32,000 bases of DNA from Candidatus Saccharimonadota bacterium (GTDB lineage: Bacteria; Patescibacteriota; Saccharimonadia; Saccharimonadales; Saccharimonadaceae), in assembly GCA_001897305.1 (NCBI GenBank), contig MKSO01000001.1:330001-362000 (forward strand), written 5' to 3'. Shown here in pieces: positions 16,685 to 28,200 of this stretch. A model generated the notes under the pieces. It did no database searches, was not told the DNA's origin, and worked only from the letters and a program-made list of their open reading frames with translations. Made by a program: the position numbers and the translations under genes. Position 1 is the first letter of the stretch, and each line of letters begins with the position of its first letter.

Positions 16685-17085
16685 TGGCTCGTAAGATATC
16701 ACGACGCGCCCTAGCGACCTACGTAGCAGATCAATTGCTTGAAGGCGTTGCGCTAGAACCTATTACCCAGCAGATTGCTGCTTACTTGGTTGAATCCCAT
16801 CGCATCAAAGAGCTTGATTTACTGGTACGTGATATCCAAACCATCTTAGCTGAGCGCGGTCATGTATTTGGCGAAGTCGTCTCGGCCTACGAACTGAGCG
16901 AAGCTACTAAGAAAAGCATTCAGGAGTTTACAAAACAGGCCACCGGCGCCTCGGACGTACGACTAGAAGCCGTAGTAGACCCGGCCGTGCTAGGCGGTGT
17001 AAAACTCCGCTTACCTGGCAAAGAATACGACGCTACTATTGCCCGCAGCCTGACAACCTTACGAACCCGATACAAGAAAGCCTAG
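16684..17085 (+). CDS. atpH: F0F1 ATP synthase subunit delta (short, 133 aa)
   Basis: It sits between b and alpha. The C-terminal LGGVKLRLPGKEYDATIARSL resembles the OSCP/delta GG..DxS motif. TAATG overlap with atpF. Confidence 0.7.
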   Translation: MARKISRRALATYVADQLLEGVALEPITQQIAAYLVESHRIKELDLLVRDIQTILAERGHVFGEVVSAYELSEATKKSIQEFTKQATGASDVRLEAVVDPAVLGGVKLRLPGKEYDATIARSLTTLRTRYKKA

Positions 17086-17100
17086 AGAAAAGGAACGAAT

Positions 17101-18627
17101 ATGAGCGAATTATCAATTACCGAACTATCAAAAGAACTCCGCAGTGCTATTCAAAGCCTTGAAACCACTGGCAACCTTGATGAAGTGGGTGTGGTGTTGC
17201 GTATTGGCGATGGCGTTGCTTGGATTTACGGCCTGCGCGACGCTGGCTACAGCGAAGTGCTCGAAATTGAAACCGACAATGGTATTGTCGAGGCCTTTGC
17301 CCTTAACCTCCTTGAAGATGAAATTGGCGCTGTGCTGCTGGGTGAAGACTCTGAAGTTAAAGCTGGCCAAGGCGTTCGTCGTAAAGGGAGTGTGCTGACT
17401 GTACCAGTCGGACCAGAATTACTAGGTCGCGTGGTCGACCCACTTGGTCGTCCGCTTGACGGTGGTCCAGCAATCAAAACCAGCCAGCAAGGCGTGGTTG
17501 AACGTAACGCGCCAGGTGTGATGGATCGTAAGTCGGTGCACGAGCCTCTGATGACCGGTATTGTGGCTATTGATGCTATGTTCCCTATCGGCCGTGGCCA
17601 GCGTGAGCTGATTATTGGTGACCGCCAAACGGGTAAAACGGCTTTAGCTATCGATACGATGATTAACCAAGCTAAGCAAAAAACCGGTGTTATTAATGTG
17701 TATGTTGCGATTGGTCAAAAGCTCTCGAAGATCGCTCGCTTGGTGGATCGCTTAAAGCAAGAAGGGGTCATGGACCAAACTATCATTGTGGCTACCAGCC
17801 CGTCTGACCCAGCTTCGCTTCTCTATCTTGCCCCATATGCCGCCACTGCTATGGGTGAATATTTCCGTGATAACAGCCAGCACGCTTTAATGATTTACGA
17901 TGACCTTACCAAGCATGCGGTCGCTTATCGTCAGATGTCATTGCTGCTTCGTCGCCCACCGGGACGTGAAGCCTACCCTGGTGATGTTTTCTACCTCCAC
18001 TCACGTCTACTTGAACGTTCGGCCAAGCTTTCAGAAGACCTCGGCGCGGGTTCATTAACGGCCTTGCCTATTATCGAAACCCAAGCCGGTGACATTTCGG
18101 CCTACATTCCAACCAACGTTATTTCAATTACTGACGGTCAGATCTTCCTTGAGACTGACTTGTTCTACCAAGGTATTCGCCCAGCTATCTCGGCGGGTCT
18201 GTCGGTATCACGTGTGGGTGGAGCGGCTCAGACGCCAGCCGTGAAGTCGGTCAGTAGCCACCTTAAGCTTGGTCTTAGCCAATTCCGCGAGCTTGCGAGC
18301 TTTGCCCAATTTGGGAGCGACCTTGATGAAGCCACCAAAAACCAAATTGAACGCGGCCAGCGCCTTACTGAGCTTTTGAAACAGCACCAGTACCAGCCAA
18401 TGAGCGTCTGGCAGCAAGTGGTGAGTATTTTGGCGGTTACTACTGGTGTATTTGATGTGGTGCCAGCGGCAAAAATTAAAGACGCCCAACAAGCATTGTT
18501 GACCCGTCTTTGGGCTGATCATAAGAAAGAAATGGACATCCTCGACCGTGGCGCTAAACCGACTGACGATCTTTTGAAGTTGATTGATACTACCGCGAAA
18601 ACTGTTGCGAAGGGCTTTGAGGGCTAA
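17101..18627 (+). CDS. atpA: F0F1 ATP synthase subunit alpha
   Basis: The Walker A motif is GDRQTGKT. ...[45 protein letters not shown] is near-invariant alpha sequence. Confidence 0.97.
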   Translation: MSELSITELSKELRSAIQSLETTGNLDEVGVVLRIGDGVAWIYGLRDAGYSEVLEIETDNGIVEAFALNLLEDEIGAVLLGEDSEVKAGQGVRRKGSVLTVPVGPELLGRVVDPLGRPLDGGPAIKTSQQGVVERNAPGVMDRKSVHEPLMTGIVAIDAMFPIGRGQRELIIGDRQTGKTALAIDTMINQAKQKTGVINVYVAIGQKLSKIARLVDRLKQEGVMDQTIIVATSPSDPASLLYLAPYAATAMGEYFRDNSQHALMIYDDLTKHAVAYRQMSLLLRRPPGREAYPGDVFYLHSRLLERSAKLSEDLGAGSLTALPIIETQAGDISAYIPTNVISITDGQIFLETDLFYQGIRPAISAGLSVSRVGGAAQTPAVKSVSSHLKLGLSQFRELASFAQFGSDLDEATKNQIERGQRLTELLKQHQYQPMSVWQQVVSILAVTTGVFDVVPAAKIKDAQQALLTRLWADHKKEMDILDRGAKPTDDLLKLIDTTAKTVAKGFEG

Positions 18628-18633
18628 TAGAGC

Positions 18634-19501
18634 ATGCCAAGTACACAAGCGTTAAAAGGTCGTATCCGCTCGGTAAAAAGTACCAAGCAAATTACGAAGG
18701 CCATGCAACTAGTGGCGGCTAGTAAGATGCGGCGTGCCCAAGAGGCTACCAAGGCGTCAGCCCCTTACACTGCTGCTGCACGTGAATTGCTGGCGAACCT
18801 TTCGCGCCATACTTCGGTGAAGGGCCATCCTTTGTTTACGCAACGCGCGGTAAAGAACCGTTTACTAGTCGTGATTGCTTCAGATAAAGGGTTGGCCGGT
18901 GCTTTCAATAGCAACCTGACTCGTCTCTATGCCAACGAACTGATTGCTGACGACAAAAGTGGCGTTAAGAATACGACTATTACTGTCGGGCGTAAAGCGG
19001 CTCATTTTGTGGCTCGCATTAAAGATACGGACGTCCGCGGCTCGTATCAAGACCTACCCGACCATCCAGATGGCAGCGAGCTCTACGCTATTTTGGATAC
19101 CGCCCGTGATTTGTTTACCTCTGGCGAAGTTGATGCTGTCGATATTATCTACACCGAATATATTAGTAGTGTGGTGCAGCGCGCTACTGTTCAGCGCGTT
19201 CTGCCGGCTGGTGATGGCGTGCTGGAAAGTGACGCTTCACCCACCCCCCAAGATGCTACGTATGAACCAAGCGCCGAGGAAGTTCTTGATGGTGTTGCTT
19301 ATCGTCTTGTCAGCGCCCAATTGTATCAGGCCTTGCTTGATTCGCGTGCTAGCGAATACAGCATGCGCATGATGGCAATGAAGAATGCGACCGATAACGC
19401 CACCGACTTGATTGACGACCTGACTCTAGAAATGAATAAAGCCCGCCAAAGTGCCATTACCCAAGAATTGGCCGAGATTAGTGGCGGTGTGGAGGCGATG
19501 C

Positions 19502-19509
<8 letters not shown>
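18634..19509 (+). CDS. atpG: F0F1 ATP synthase subunit gamma
   Basis: N-terminus LKGRIRSVKSTKQITKAMQLVAASKMRRAQ and C-terminus NKARQSAITQELAEISGG are canonical gamma termini. Confidence 0.95.
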
Positions 19510-21275
<1,766 letters not shown>

Positions 21276-21276
<1 letters not shown>

Positions 21277-21698
21277 TGCATTTGCAACTCATCACTCTTA
21301 GTGGCGTCAGTGTCGACAAAGACATTTACGAACTTATGGCACCGACCGCCGCTGGTGATATTGCTGTCTTTCCTGGGCACGAACCGTTGGTAACACTGGC
21401 GGCTCCTGGGGCTTTGGCCGTACGTGCTAATAAGGGTGACAAAGATGAAGCGCTCGACTATTTCGCCATTAGTGGCGGAGTCATCGAAATTAAACCTGAT
21501 AGTATTCGCGTGTTAGTGGACGAAGCCGACCAGGGTGATGATATTGTCGAAGCCGAATCGAAGGCAGCACTGGAACGGGCCCTGAAACTGCGCGATGAAG
21601 CCAAGGATCAGGTGGAACTTGAAAAGGCTCACCAGCTGATTGACCGGCACACCGTTCGATTGCGCGTTGCAGAACTCACTCGCCGACGTCGTCGTTAA
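21276..21698 (+). CDS. atpC: F0F1 ATP synthase subunit epsilon
   Basis: 140 aa with an N-terminal beta-sandwich pattern (LQLITLSG...GDIAVFPGHEPL) and a C-terminal helical hairpin. TAATG overlap with atpD. Confidence 0.9.
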
Positions 21699-21743
21699 GC
21701 TTGTGCTTGCATCTCTGTTAAAAGCTCGTATTCTTATAAGGAT

Positions 21744-22505
21744 ATGTCAGAATTGAATTATTCTTTACCACCTTCTGGTGAGAATGACCCTTATCTTAAA
21801 GCCTTTCCATTTGTTGATATGGCCGTCAGGGCACTATACCGACAGGAAGTTGAAGGTATTGAGCACGTCCCTAAGATAGGCCCCGCACTTATATTGGGAA
21901 ACCACCTACGTAAAGCTGATTCATTTACAACACCAGCTCTGATTGTTCGAGAGCTTAACCGTCGGACTATTTTTGCAGCAAAACAATCGTATTTCGAGGG
22001 AGGTATAGACGTGCTTGGTCACCATTTGCGATCACCTACCGCCTGGTTTTTTCAAGAGTTCACTCATGCTATTCCTGTTGCACGTGATGGTAAGAAAGAG
22101 TCAATTAGTGATTTTCACCAAGCTGCAGTATCGGTACTTCAAGGCGGTGATCTGTTAGCTGGCTACCCCGAAGGAACGCGTTCTCCTGACGGTCGTCTAT
22201 ACAGGGCACGCAATGGTTTTGCTGCAATCGCACTCGAAGCGATGGTACCAATTATTCCGCAGGGTAATTTGTATGTACCGCGAGCCGGCTTCGACCCACG
22301 CCAAGGAGCGCAAATCAAATTCGGAAAGCCCATACAGCCAGAAGAATATGACGGCATGCGCCCATTTGAACTAAGTAAGCTTATTTCGGAGCGCATACAA
22401 GCCCTTACGGGCCAAGAATATGTACACAGATACCTCCCGACTAATCAAGAAGAGAAAGAAGCGCTTTTGAGAGAACTAAGAAGTGGGACTGACGAAAATA
22501 ATTAA
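21744..22505 (+). CDS. 1-acyl-sn-glycerol-3-phosphate acyltransferase-like (PlsC family)
   Basis: The HX4D motif is NHLRKAD, and the PEGTR motif is YPEGTRSPDG. Confidence 0.85.
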   Translation: MSELNYSLPPSGENDPYLKAFPFVDMAVRALYRQEVEGIEHVPKIGPALILGNHLRKADSFTTPALIVRELNRRTIFAAKQSYFEGGIDVLGHHLRSPTAWFFQEFTHAIPVARDGKKESISDFHQAAVSVLQGGDLLAGYPEGTRSPDGRLYRARNGFAAIALEAMVPIIPQGNLYVPRAGFDPRQGAQIKFGKPIQPEEYDGMRPFELSKLISERIQALTGQEYVHRYLPTNQEEKEALLRELRSGTDENN

Positions 22506-23492
22506 TTATTTTGAAGTAAGGTACATGCCCTTTATCTCATCATTATTAAGCGGCCTATCGTAGACACTTACCTCACTAACGGTGCCAACGAAAGGGCTAT
22601 CGGCGCCACTTCCTTTACGTGCTTGCCATCCAATGTATAAGTTTGGTTGACTCGTAATGCCGCTGCCATCGTATGTCGACACAACACCACTAGGCTCGCC
22701 GTCGATGTAATAGCGAGCGTTGTGGTTATCGCTAGGCGTGTAACTTACCGCAATATAGTGCCACGAGCCCAAGGGTACGGCATCATCACTCTGTAATCCA
22801 TTAGAAGTATCATCCATACGGAGCTGTAACCTGCCATTACTGCGTATACCAAATACCATTGAATCGGCATACCGTTGTCCTATAACAGGAATTACTTCAC
22901 TACCGAATGATGACATATTGACCCAAGCGCCAACCGTAAACCCATCTGACCCTGCAAATATATCACCCCACTGGCTATTTGAAATATCAATATATTTACC
23001 GTCTGCAAGCGAGTAGGCACTGTTACTTTGCCCTTTTTGATTAGTGGTTAAAGCTGGGCTCCCTATAAGGTTGCCGGTAACGCCCGAAAAGCCATTATCG
23101 GTAAGACTGGCTAAAGTCCAGTGTGCGTAAGGGCAGACGCCGGGGTACTGAGTACTGGCCGTAATTGAGCCACTATGAAGACTCATTTTTGTATTAGTGT
23201 CACTTATTGCGACGCAGTAAGACCTATTGATAAATTTATAATCGTAGGTGTAATTTTCTTTCTTTTTTAATCCGTCAAGGTTGGTGGGAAGTATGCCGCC
23301 ATTCATTGCTTTTTCAGTACCAACCCAGGTTGTTGCCTGTTTTAGTGTTGAGCTAAGTGCTGAAGCGTCAGCTCGGCTTTTTATACCGTTATAAGCGACA
23401 ATAGTGATTGCTGCTAGGATGGCAATAACAACAACCACAATTAGTAATTCGACAATAGTAAAGCCCTTGTTTTCAGATGCCCTTGAAATCAT
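22506..23492 (-). CDS. type IV pilin-like protein with a C-terminal LamG/concanavalin-A-like lectin domain
   Basis: The prepilin signal is MISRASENKG|FTIVELLIVVVVIAILAAI (G-1, F+1, E+5). The C-terminus FTVGAWVN...WHYIAVSY...YYIDGE...LYIGW...FVGTVSEVSVYDRPLNNDEI matches the Laminin_G_3 pattern. Confidence 0.8.
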   Translation of the reverse strand: MISRASENKGFTIVELLIVVVVIAILAAITIVAYNGIKSRADASALSSTLKQATTWVGTEKAMNGGILPTNLDGLKKKENYTYDYKFINRSYCVAISDTNTKMSLHSGSITASTQYPGVCPYAHWTLASLTDNGFSGVTGNLIGSPALTTNQKGQSNSAYSLADGKYIDISNSQWGDIFAGSDGFTVGAWVNMSSFGSEVIPVIGQRYADSMVFGIRSNGRLQLRMDDTSNGLQSDDAVPLGSWHYIAVSYTPSDNHNARYYIDGEPSGVVSTYDGSGITSQPNLYIGWQARKGSGADSPFVGTVSEVSVYDRPLNNDEIKGMYLTSK

Positions 23493-23521
23493 TATCTATT
23501 AGTTTAGCGTATGCACGCCGC

Positions 23522-24496
23522 TTATGCAAAATGCGTTTCGGCTTGGTGTGATGTGCTAAGAATTGCACGCACCTCATCGGTGCTCTTTGTGTGCATTAAT
23601 TTCTCACGTAGTTCTGAAGCGCCCGGGAAGCTATGTAAGTAGACTTTGAAAAAGCGCTTGAGTGGGTCGAATGGCCGAGGCTCTAGTTCTTGATTGTATG
23701 TATCAAATAGGTCTAAGTGGTAGTTTAAGAGCCCAAGCAGTTCTTCGCGGGTTGGTAAACTGTCGCGCTCGACAAATGCGTAGGGGTCTTTAAAGATGCC
23801 CCGGCCAATCATAATACCGTCCACGCCATAGGTTTGGGCTAGCTCAAGGCCATGAGCACGGTCGCGGATGTCACCGTTAATTGTTAATAATGTTTGTGGT
23901 GCAATTTCGTCGCGGAGTTTTTTAATTTCTGGAATTAACTCATAATGGGCATCTACTTTGCTCATCTCTTTACGGGTGCGCAGGTGGATTGTGAGGTTAA
24001 CCACGTCTTGCCGCAAGATGTGCGTCAGCCAGTCGCGCCATTCATCAATGCGAATATCGCCCAGGCGGGTTTTCACGCTTACGGGCAAACCAGCTTCTTT
24101 GGTGGCGGCAATAATTTCGGCAGCTAGTTGCGGCGTACGAATCAGGCCGCTCCCCGCGCCTTTTTTCACCACGTCCTTTGCCGGGCAGCCCATGTTAATA
24201 TCAATACCTTTAAAGCCGAGCTCTTTAAGCCCCTGTGCCATTTCACGAAAATGCTCGGGCTTGTCACCCCAAATTTGTGCCACCATCGGGTGTTCGTCGT
24301 CCGTAAAAGCCAGGCGACCGCGAGTACTGTGCTTGCCGGCTGGGCTACAAAAGCCATCGGTACTGACAAACTCAGTAAAGAAAATGTCTGGACGGCCAGC
24401 CTTTGCTACGGCGTGACGAAAGACTATGTCAGTCACCGCCTCCATAGGGGCGAGAATAAAGAAAGGTTTTGGTAAGTCGTTCCAAAAAGTATTCAT
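23522..24496 (-). CDS. dus: tRNA-dihydrouridine synthase (Dus family)
   Basis: [25 protein letters not shown] (catalytic Cys) and the TIHLRTR/ING pattern are typical of a Dus TIM barrel. Confidence 0.92.
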   Translation of the reverse strand: MNTFWNDLPKPFFILAPMEAVTDIVFRHAVAKAGRPDIFFTEFVSTDGFCSPAGKHSTRGRLAFTDDEHPMVAQIWGDKPEHFREMAQGLKELGFKGIDINMGCPAKDVVKKGAGSGLIRTPQLAAEIIAATKEAGLPVSVKTRLGDIRIDEWRDWLTHILRQDVVNLTIHLRTRKEMSKVDAHYELIPEIKKLRDEIAPQTLLTINGDIRDRAHGLELAQTYGVDGIMIGRGIFKDPYAFVERDSLPTREELLGLLNYHLDLFDTYNQELEPRPFDPLKRFFKVYLHSFPGASELREKLMHTKSTDEVRAILSTSHQAETHFA

Positions 24497-24535
24497 CTCA
24501 CTCTATATATAATAGCTTATATACACAGGGAGATG

Positions 24536-25121
24536 GACAGAGATAGTGCACGTCCAATACCGCTCGGGGTGAACCGAGTGGCTCCCGCATCCGAGGATGC
24601 TCAGTAGAAGACCTTCTTGTCGCACGTTCCCGAGTCGACCTTCTTGCCGCACTTGTAGTCGTCCTTGCCGAAGGTCGAGAACTGGTTGACGTAGGTCGTG
24701 TGACCGCTCGAGCACTCACCGCTCTTGTTCCAGTTGCCGCTGAGCACCTGGACTGACAGCGTCGCTGCCATGATTCCTCCAAGGGATCGTAGGGATGGAT
24801 TTGAGGGGGACCCTCTCACTTTTAACACAAGACGCAATTGTCTCGTTGGCGATTCTTAATGGGGGGAAGAATCGACAACCAAGGTGTTGGTGAGTGAGGG
24901 GGTCCCCGGGTATACCCGTGTGTGGGGCCGAACGTCATTGCTCGAACACGGGTAGCTTGGGAAAGCTGGAAGGCGGGCTGACCTGACGGCGTCTGGGGGA
25001 TGCACGTCGGGCCAGCCCTTGTACATGGAGATGATGGGCTCGTCGATGACAAGCCAGAACCATCTGCAAAGCCTTGGGGCGCTCTGCATTCTCCACGTAC
25101 CTCTGTTGCACTATCTCTGTC
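24536..25121. mobile_element. inverted-repeat-bounded high-GC cassette with no transposase (MITE / mobile-insertion-cassette-like), compositionally foreign
   Basis: 24536-24550 gacagagatagtgca is the exact reverse complement of 25107-25121 tgcactatctctgtc. Hand GC counts give 104/180 (58%) for 24601-24780 and 79/120 (66%) for 24901-25020. One 60-nt line of the adjacent dus gene gives 27/60 (45%), and 25201-25260 gives 16/60 (27%). Confidence 0.55.
24601..24771 (-). CDS. small (56 aa) Lys/Gly/Ser-rich protein with 3 Cys and 1 His, high-GC codon usage, unknown function
   Basis: ATG 24771 is preceded by GGAGGaatc. The product is MAATLSVQVLSGNWNKSGECSSGHTTYVNQFSTFGKDDYKCGKKVDSGTCDKKVFY. 51 of 56 codons end in G or C. 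A GCATCC-tc-GGATGC hairpin directly follows the TGA stop. Confidence 0.6.
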   Translation of the reverse strand: MAATLSVQVLSGNWNKSGECSSGHTTYVNQFSTFGKDDYKCGKKVDSGTCDKKVFY

Positions 25122-25227
25122 TGTAAATGTACAGATAGAGAGCTGCAGCAAGTGGCTACCTTTTCTCGTAAGAAAAGCTGCTCACGTGTCGCAGCTCAAT
25201 CTATCTATATTTATATTATAGCATGTT

Positions 25228-28200
25228 TTATACTATTCCGTCAATAAGATCTTGCTCGAAAGCTAATACTCCCTTAAGGTCCTGTGTATAATGGCTGGTA
25301 TCTGGTAGATCGAGAGTAATAATATGGCGCCAAACCGCCTCTATTAAGCGGCGCGTGCGCTCGAGCTCTTCACTAAGGTTTGAAAACTCAAGTTCAAGGA
25401 CGCTTGTCTCACCTGCTTTGGTCGGTTCGATAAACGCCAAGCAGCCTTTTGTAACGGTAAAATTATGGTATTCTGATGAATTTTCAGCCAATATTTTATA
25501 AAAAAGAAGCTGTTGTCGGTAAGTATGGAGCTTCATTTTTGTATGTTCGTCTCCCTTATCCCAGGCGGTTGCAGGGCGACCGGTTTTGTAATCAGTGACG
25601 ATAATCGTTTTCTCCTTCTTGTCGATGTCGATCATATCAAGCGAACCTGTTAAGCGTGCCTCTTCTACACGTACATCCTGGTAATTAAAGCCAACTTCGG
25701 CCTTTTGAGTGGGGGTCATTGGCAAGGCATTCGAACTCAAAAAGACTGGTAGATGTTCACTTCCCTGCTGTAAATAGCGCTGTAGATCTTGTGGTGCCAA
25801 TCGCTCCCGGCCCATGGCAACTTCAAAATCGTAAAGTGTATCCTCGAGCGGTTTTTGCTGGCCGGTGGAAGCAACGTGCAAATGAGCTTGTTGGAGTGTC
25901 CAGTGGATAGCTGTGCCATACGCTGCAGCCGCTGGCTTGCTTTTAGGAAAATGCAGAATATTGTTGAGCAAGAAATGCTGTGGGCCGCCACGGGTAACAT
26001 CTAAAAAGCTGTTTAACGATGTTGCGCTCAATTTAAACTTTTCAAGTTGAGGCGCTAGCAATGTTTTAAGATCTTGAGTAGGCTCAACAAATGGCTGATA
26101 CCAAGCAAGTTCGGCGATCGCTATTTCATCGACTTTTTCAGGTTCGGGAGCGGTGGTTGTTGTCAGGTTGGTTGCCAGTAAGAAATCGGCCGGTAGGGTT
26201 ACTTTGTTGGCGTCGCTACGTTCGCTGTAACTTATAATAAGCTGCCGTTTGGCACGCGTCATGGCGACGTAAAAAAGGCGCAACCGTTCGTCGGCAGTAT
26301 TACCGGCTGGCGCGAGCGGCAAGTTTGCCGGGTAGCTAATCGAACGGCTAAAGCTGCGGGCGCTGTGTCCCCATACGCTATCGACGGAATTATACACATA
26401 CACCGTCTCGAACTCGAGCCCTTTTGACTTGTGGGCGGTTAATAATTGCACAGCCGCAACATCACTAGCCAGTGAATAGTGGCTGGCGGTAATACCAACA
26501 CCAAGGCGCTCATGAAGATCGACGAATTCAACGAAGGCCGGTAATGTGAGCGAAGCACCGGGTCGGTACTCGCGCAGGCGGGCGCGAATAGCCCTAAGGG
26601 CATTAAGGCAGTCCAAGTAGGCATCTGGTTGCTCGGCAAGCTTGTCGGGTGCAAAATAATACTCAAACAGTGGGCTGACTTCGCTTTCATCTTGTGAGCG
26701 GCCAATGAGCGAGTCGATCATCGGCTCGAGTGCTGTAGTGCTGACTTCTTGGGCGCGTTCAATAAGCCAATTGTGAATAGCGGTGAACTCGGGCGTGGTG
26801 GCCATAACTTCCATCCAGGTTTGGCGGTTAGTGTAGGCATCGAGGCTAAGGCGCCAAATTGCCTTGGCGGAAAGTTGCCAAGCGGGGTGCGCGAGCATTT
26901 CGGGTAGCAGTTGTTCGACCTCATCATGATTGCCCTGTGATAAGTGCGTGACGACACGCGCAACCTGAATAAGTGCCTTAATAGGCGCCGCATCAAGAAC
27001 GCTTTCTTCCCGTTCATAGCGAATTGGCACACCGGCTTGGCGGAAGAATGGCAATAGCGATTGTATATCGCTGTGGCGTCGAGCCAATACAGCGATCGAT
27101 GAGGGGTCCGCGCCTTGTTGTATGTCTGTGGCAATACGCTGGGCGATTTCGTGGCGCTCCGCATCCCCTGACGGTGCATTCCAAAGGATGGCGCTGGCGG
27201 GTTCTGCTGTTTGAGCGGTTAGTTGCTTATCAATTTCGGGCAGGCGGGTTTCGAGCCGGTCGGTACCCTGGGTAATAACTGTTCGGGCAGCTTGCAAAAT
27301 GGCGGCCCCTGAACGGTAGTTCTCGGTTAACACGATCAGTTGTCGACTGGGGTACATGTCGGAAAAATTAAGAATATTACTAACGTCAGCACCTTGGAAA
27401 CCATACACCGCCTGGTCGTCATCCCCTACTACTAGAATGTTAGGGTTACCTTCGTTAACAGGATTATCCGTGAGGTTGTGAAGAATACGCAGTTGGGCCA
27501 AGTTGGTGTCTTGGAACTCGTCCACCATAATGTAGAGGTATTTTTCCTGCAGGTTTAGCTTAAGATCGATTTGGGTTTCAACAGCATGGACTACTTGCAT
27601 AATCATATCGTCATAGTCGAACAAACCTTCTTTTTCCATGCGGTTTAAGTATTCGTAGTAGACAAATGCCAAGGCCTTTAGCTTGGTGAGTCGTTTACGG
27701 TCTTTAAACACCAGTTCTTTGGTGCTGTCGCGTTCAAACCAGGTGCTTTTCCAGGCGGATAAAGGTTTTGTAGGATGGATAGCAATTGTATCTTCTAGGG
27801 CTGCTTCTAGTGACTCAACAATAATAGTAGCCAATGGGACCACTTGATGAAGATGTTCTAAAGCTTGGCTATGTTCTCGCATGGCAATAAGGGCATCGCG
27901 TAGTTTATCCCCAGTGGTTTTGCCGATCCGTTCGCTAAGAATAGGGCGAAGAATACGTTCGAAGCTATCAAGTGACGCCTCGCTTTGCTCAATGACCGCT
28001 AATAATTCATCGCTGGTAAGGGCACTACCCCGTTTTAGCTCGGAGATACTTTTTTGGGCATCGGCGATGTGGGTATATTCGCCGTTCATCATTGACGATA
28101 ACGGGTTTGAATACGGCAGCTCTTCAAAAATACTCCGTAAAATTTCGTATTGTTTTAAATCGTCGGCTGGCTGAAATAGGGCGTTACGGTAAAAATATTC

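Noticed and set aside
19451-19501. Upstream start (MPLPKNWPRLVAVWRRCM...) for the ORF between atpG and atpD
   Set aside because: It would overlap 59 nt of atpG in another frame and has no SD. ATG 19502 has GGAGG at the optimal distance.
24601-24771. Reading the 56-aa peptide as a lasso-peptide or other RiPP precursor (Gly12...Glu19 could form an 8-residue macrolactam) or as a double-glycine bacteriocin
   Set aside because: The leader would be only 11 aa and lacks the conserved Thr at -2. The core would be far too long. There is no GG leader motif and no maturation, transport or immunity genes adjacent.
24850-24874. C-rich-loop hairpin as a 6C-type actinobacterial sRNA
   Set aside because: Only one C-loop hairpin is present, while the family has two. 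It overlaps the end of the 77-codon ORF. This is too little evidence without a covariance-model search.
24498-25221. ORFs 24498-24782(-), 24503-24715(-), 24822-25151(-) and 25000-25221(+) inside the high-GC cassette
   Set aside because: They give Arg/Ser/Thr/Pro-rich products typical of off-frame reading of high-GC DNA and have no SD. They overlap the 24601-24771 frame, which has the correct GC3 periodicity and an SD. The 24498 ORF also runs into the dus promoter.
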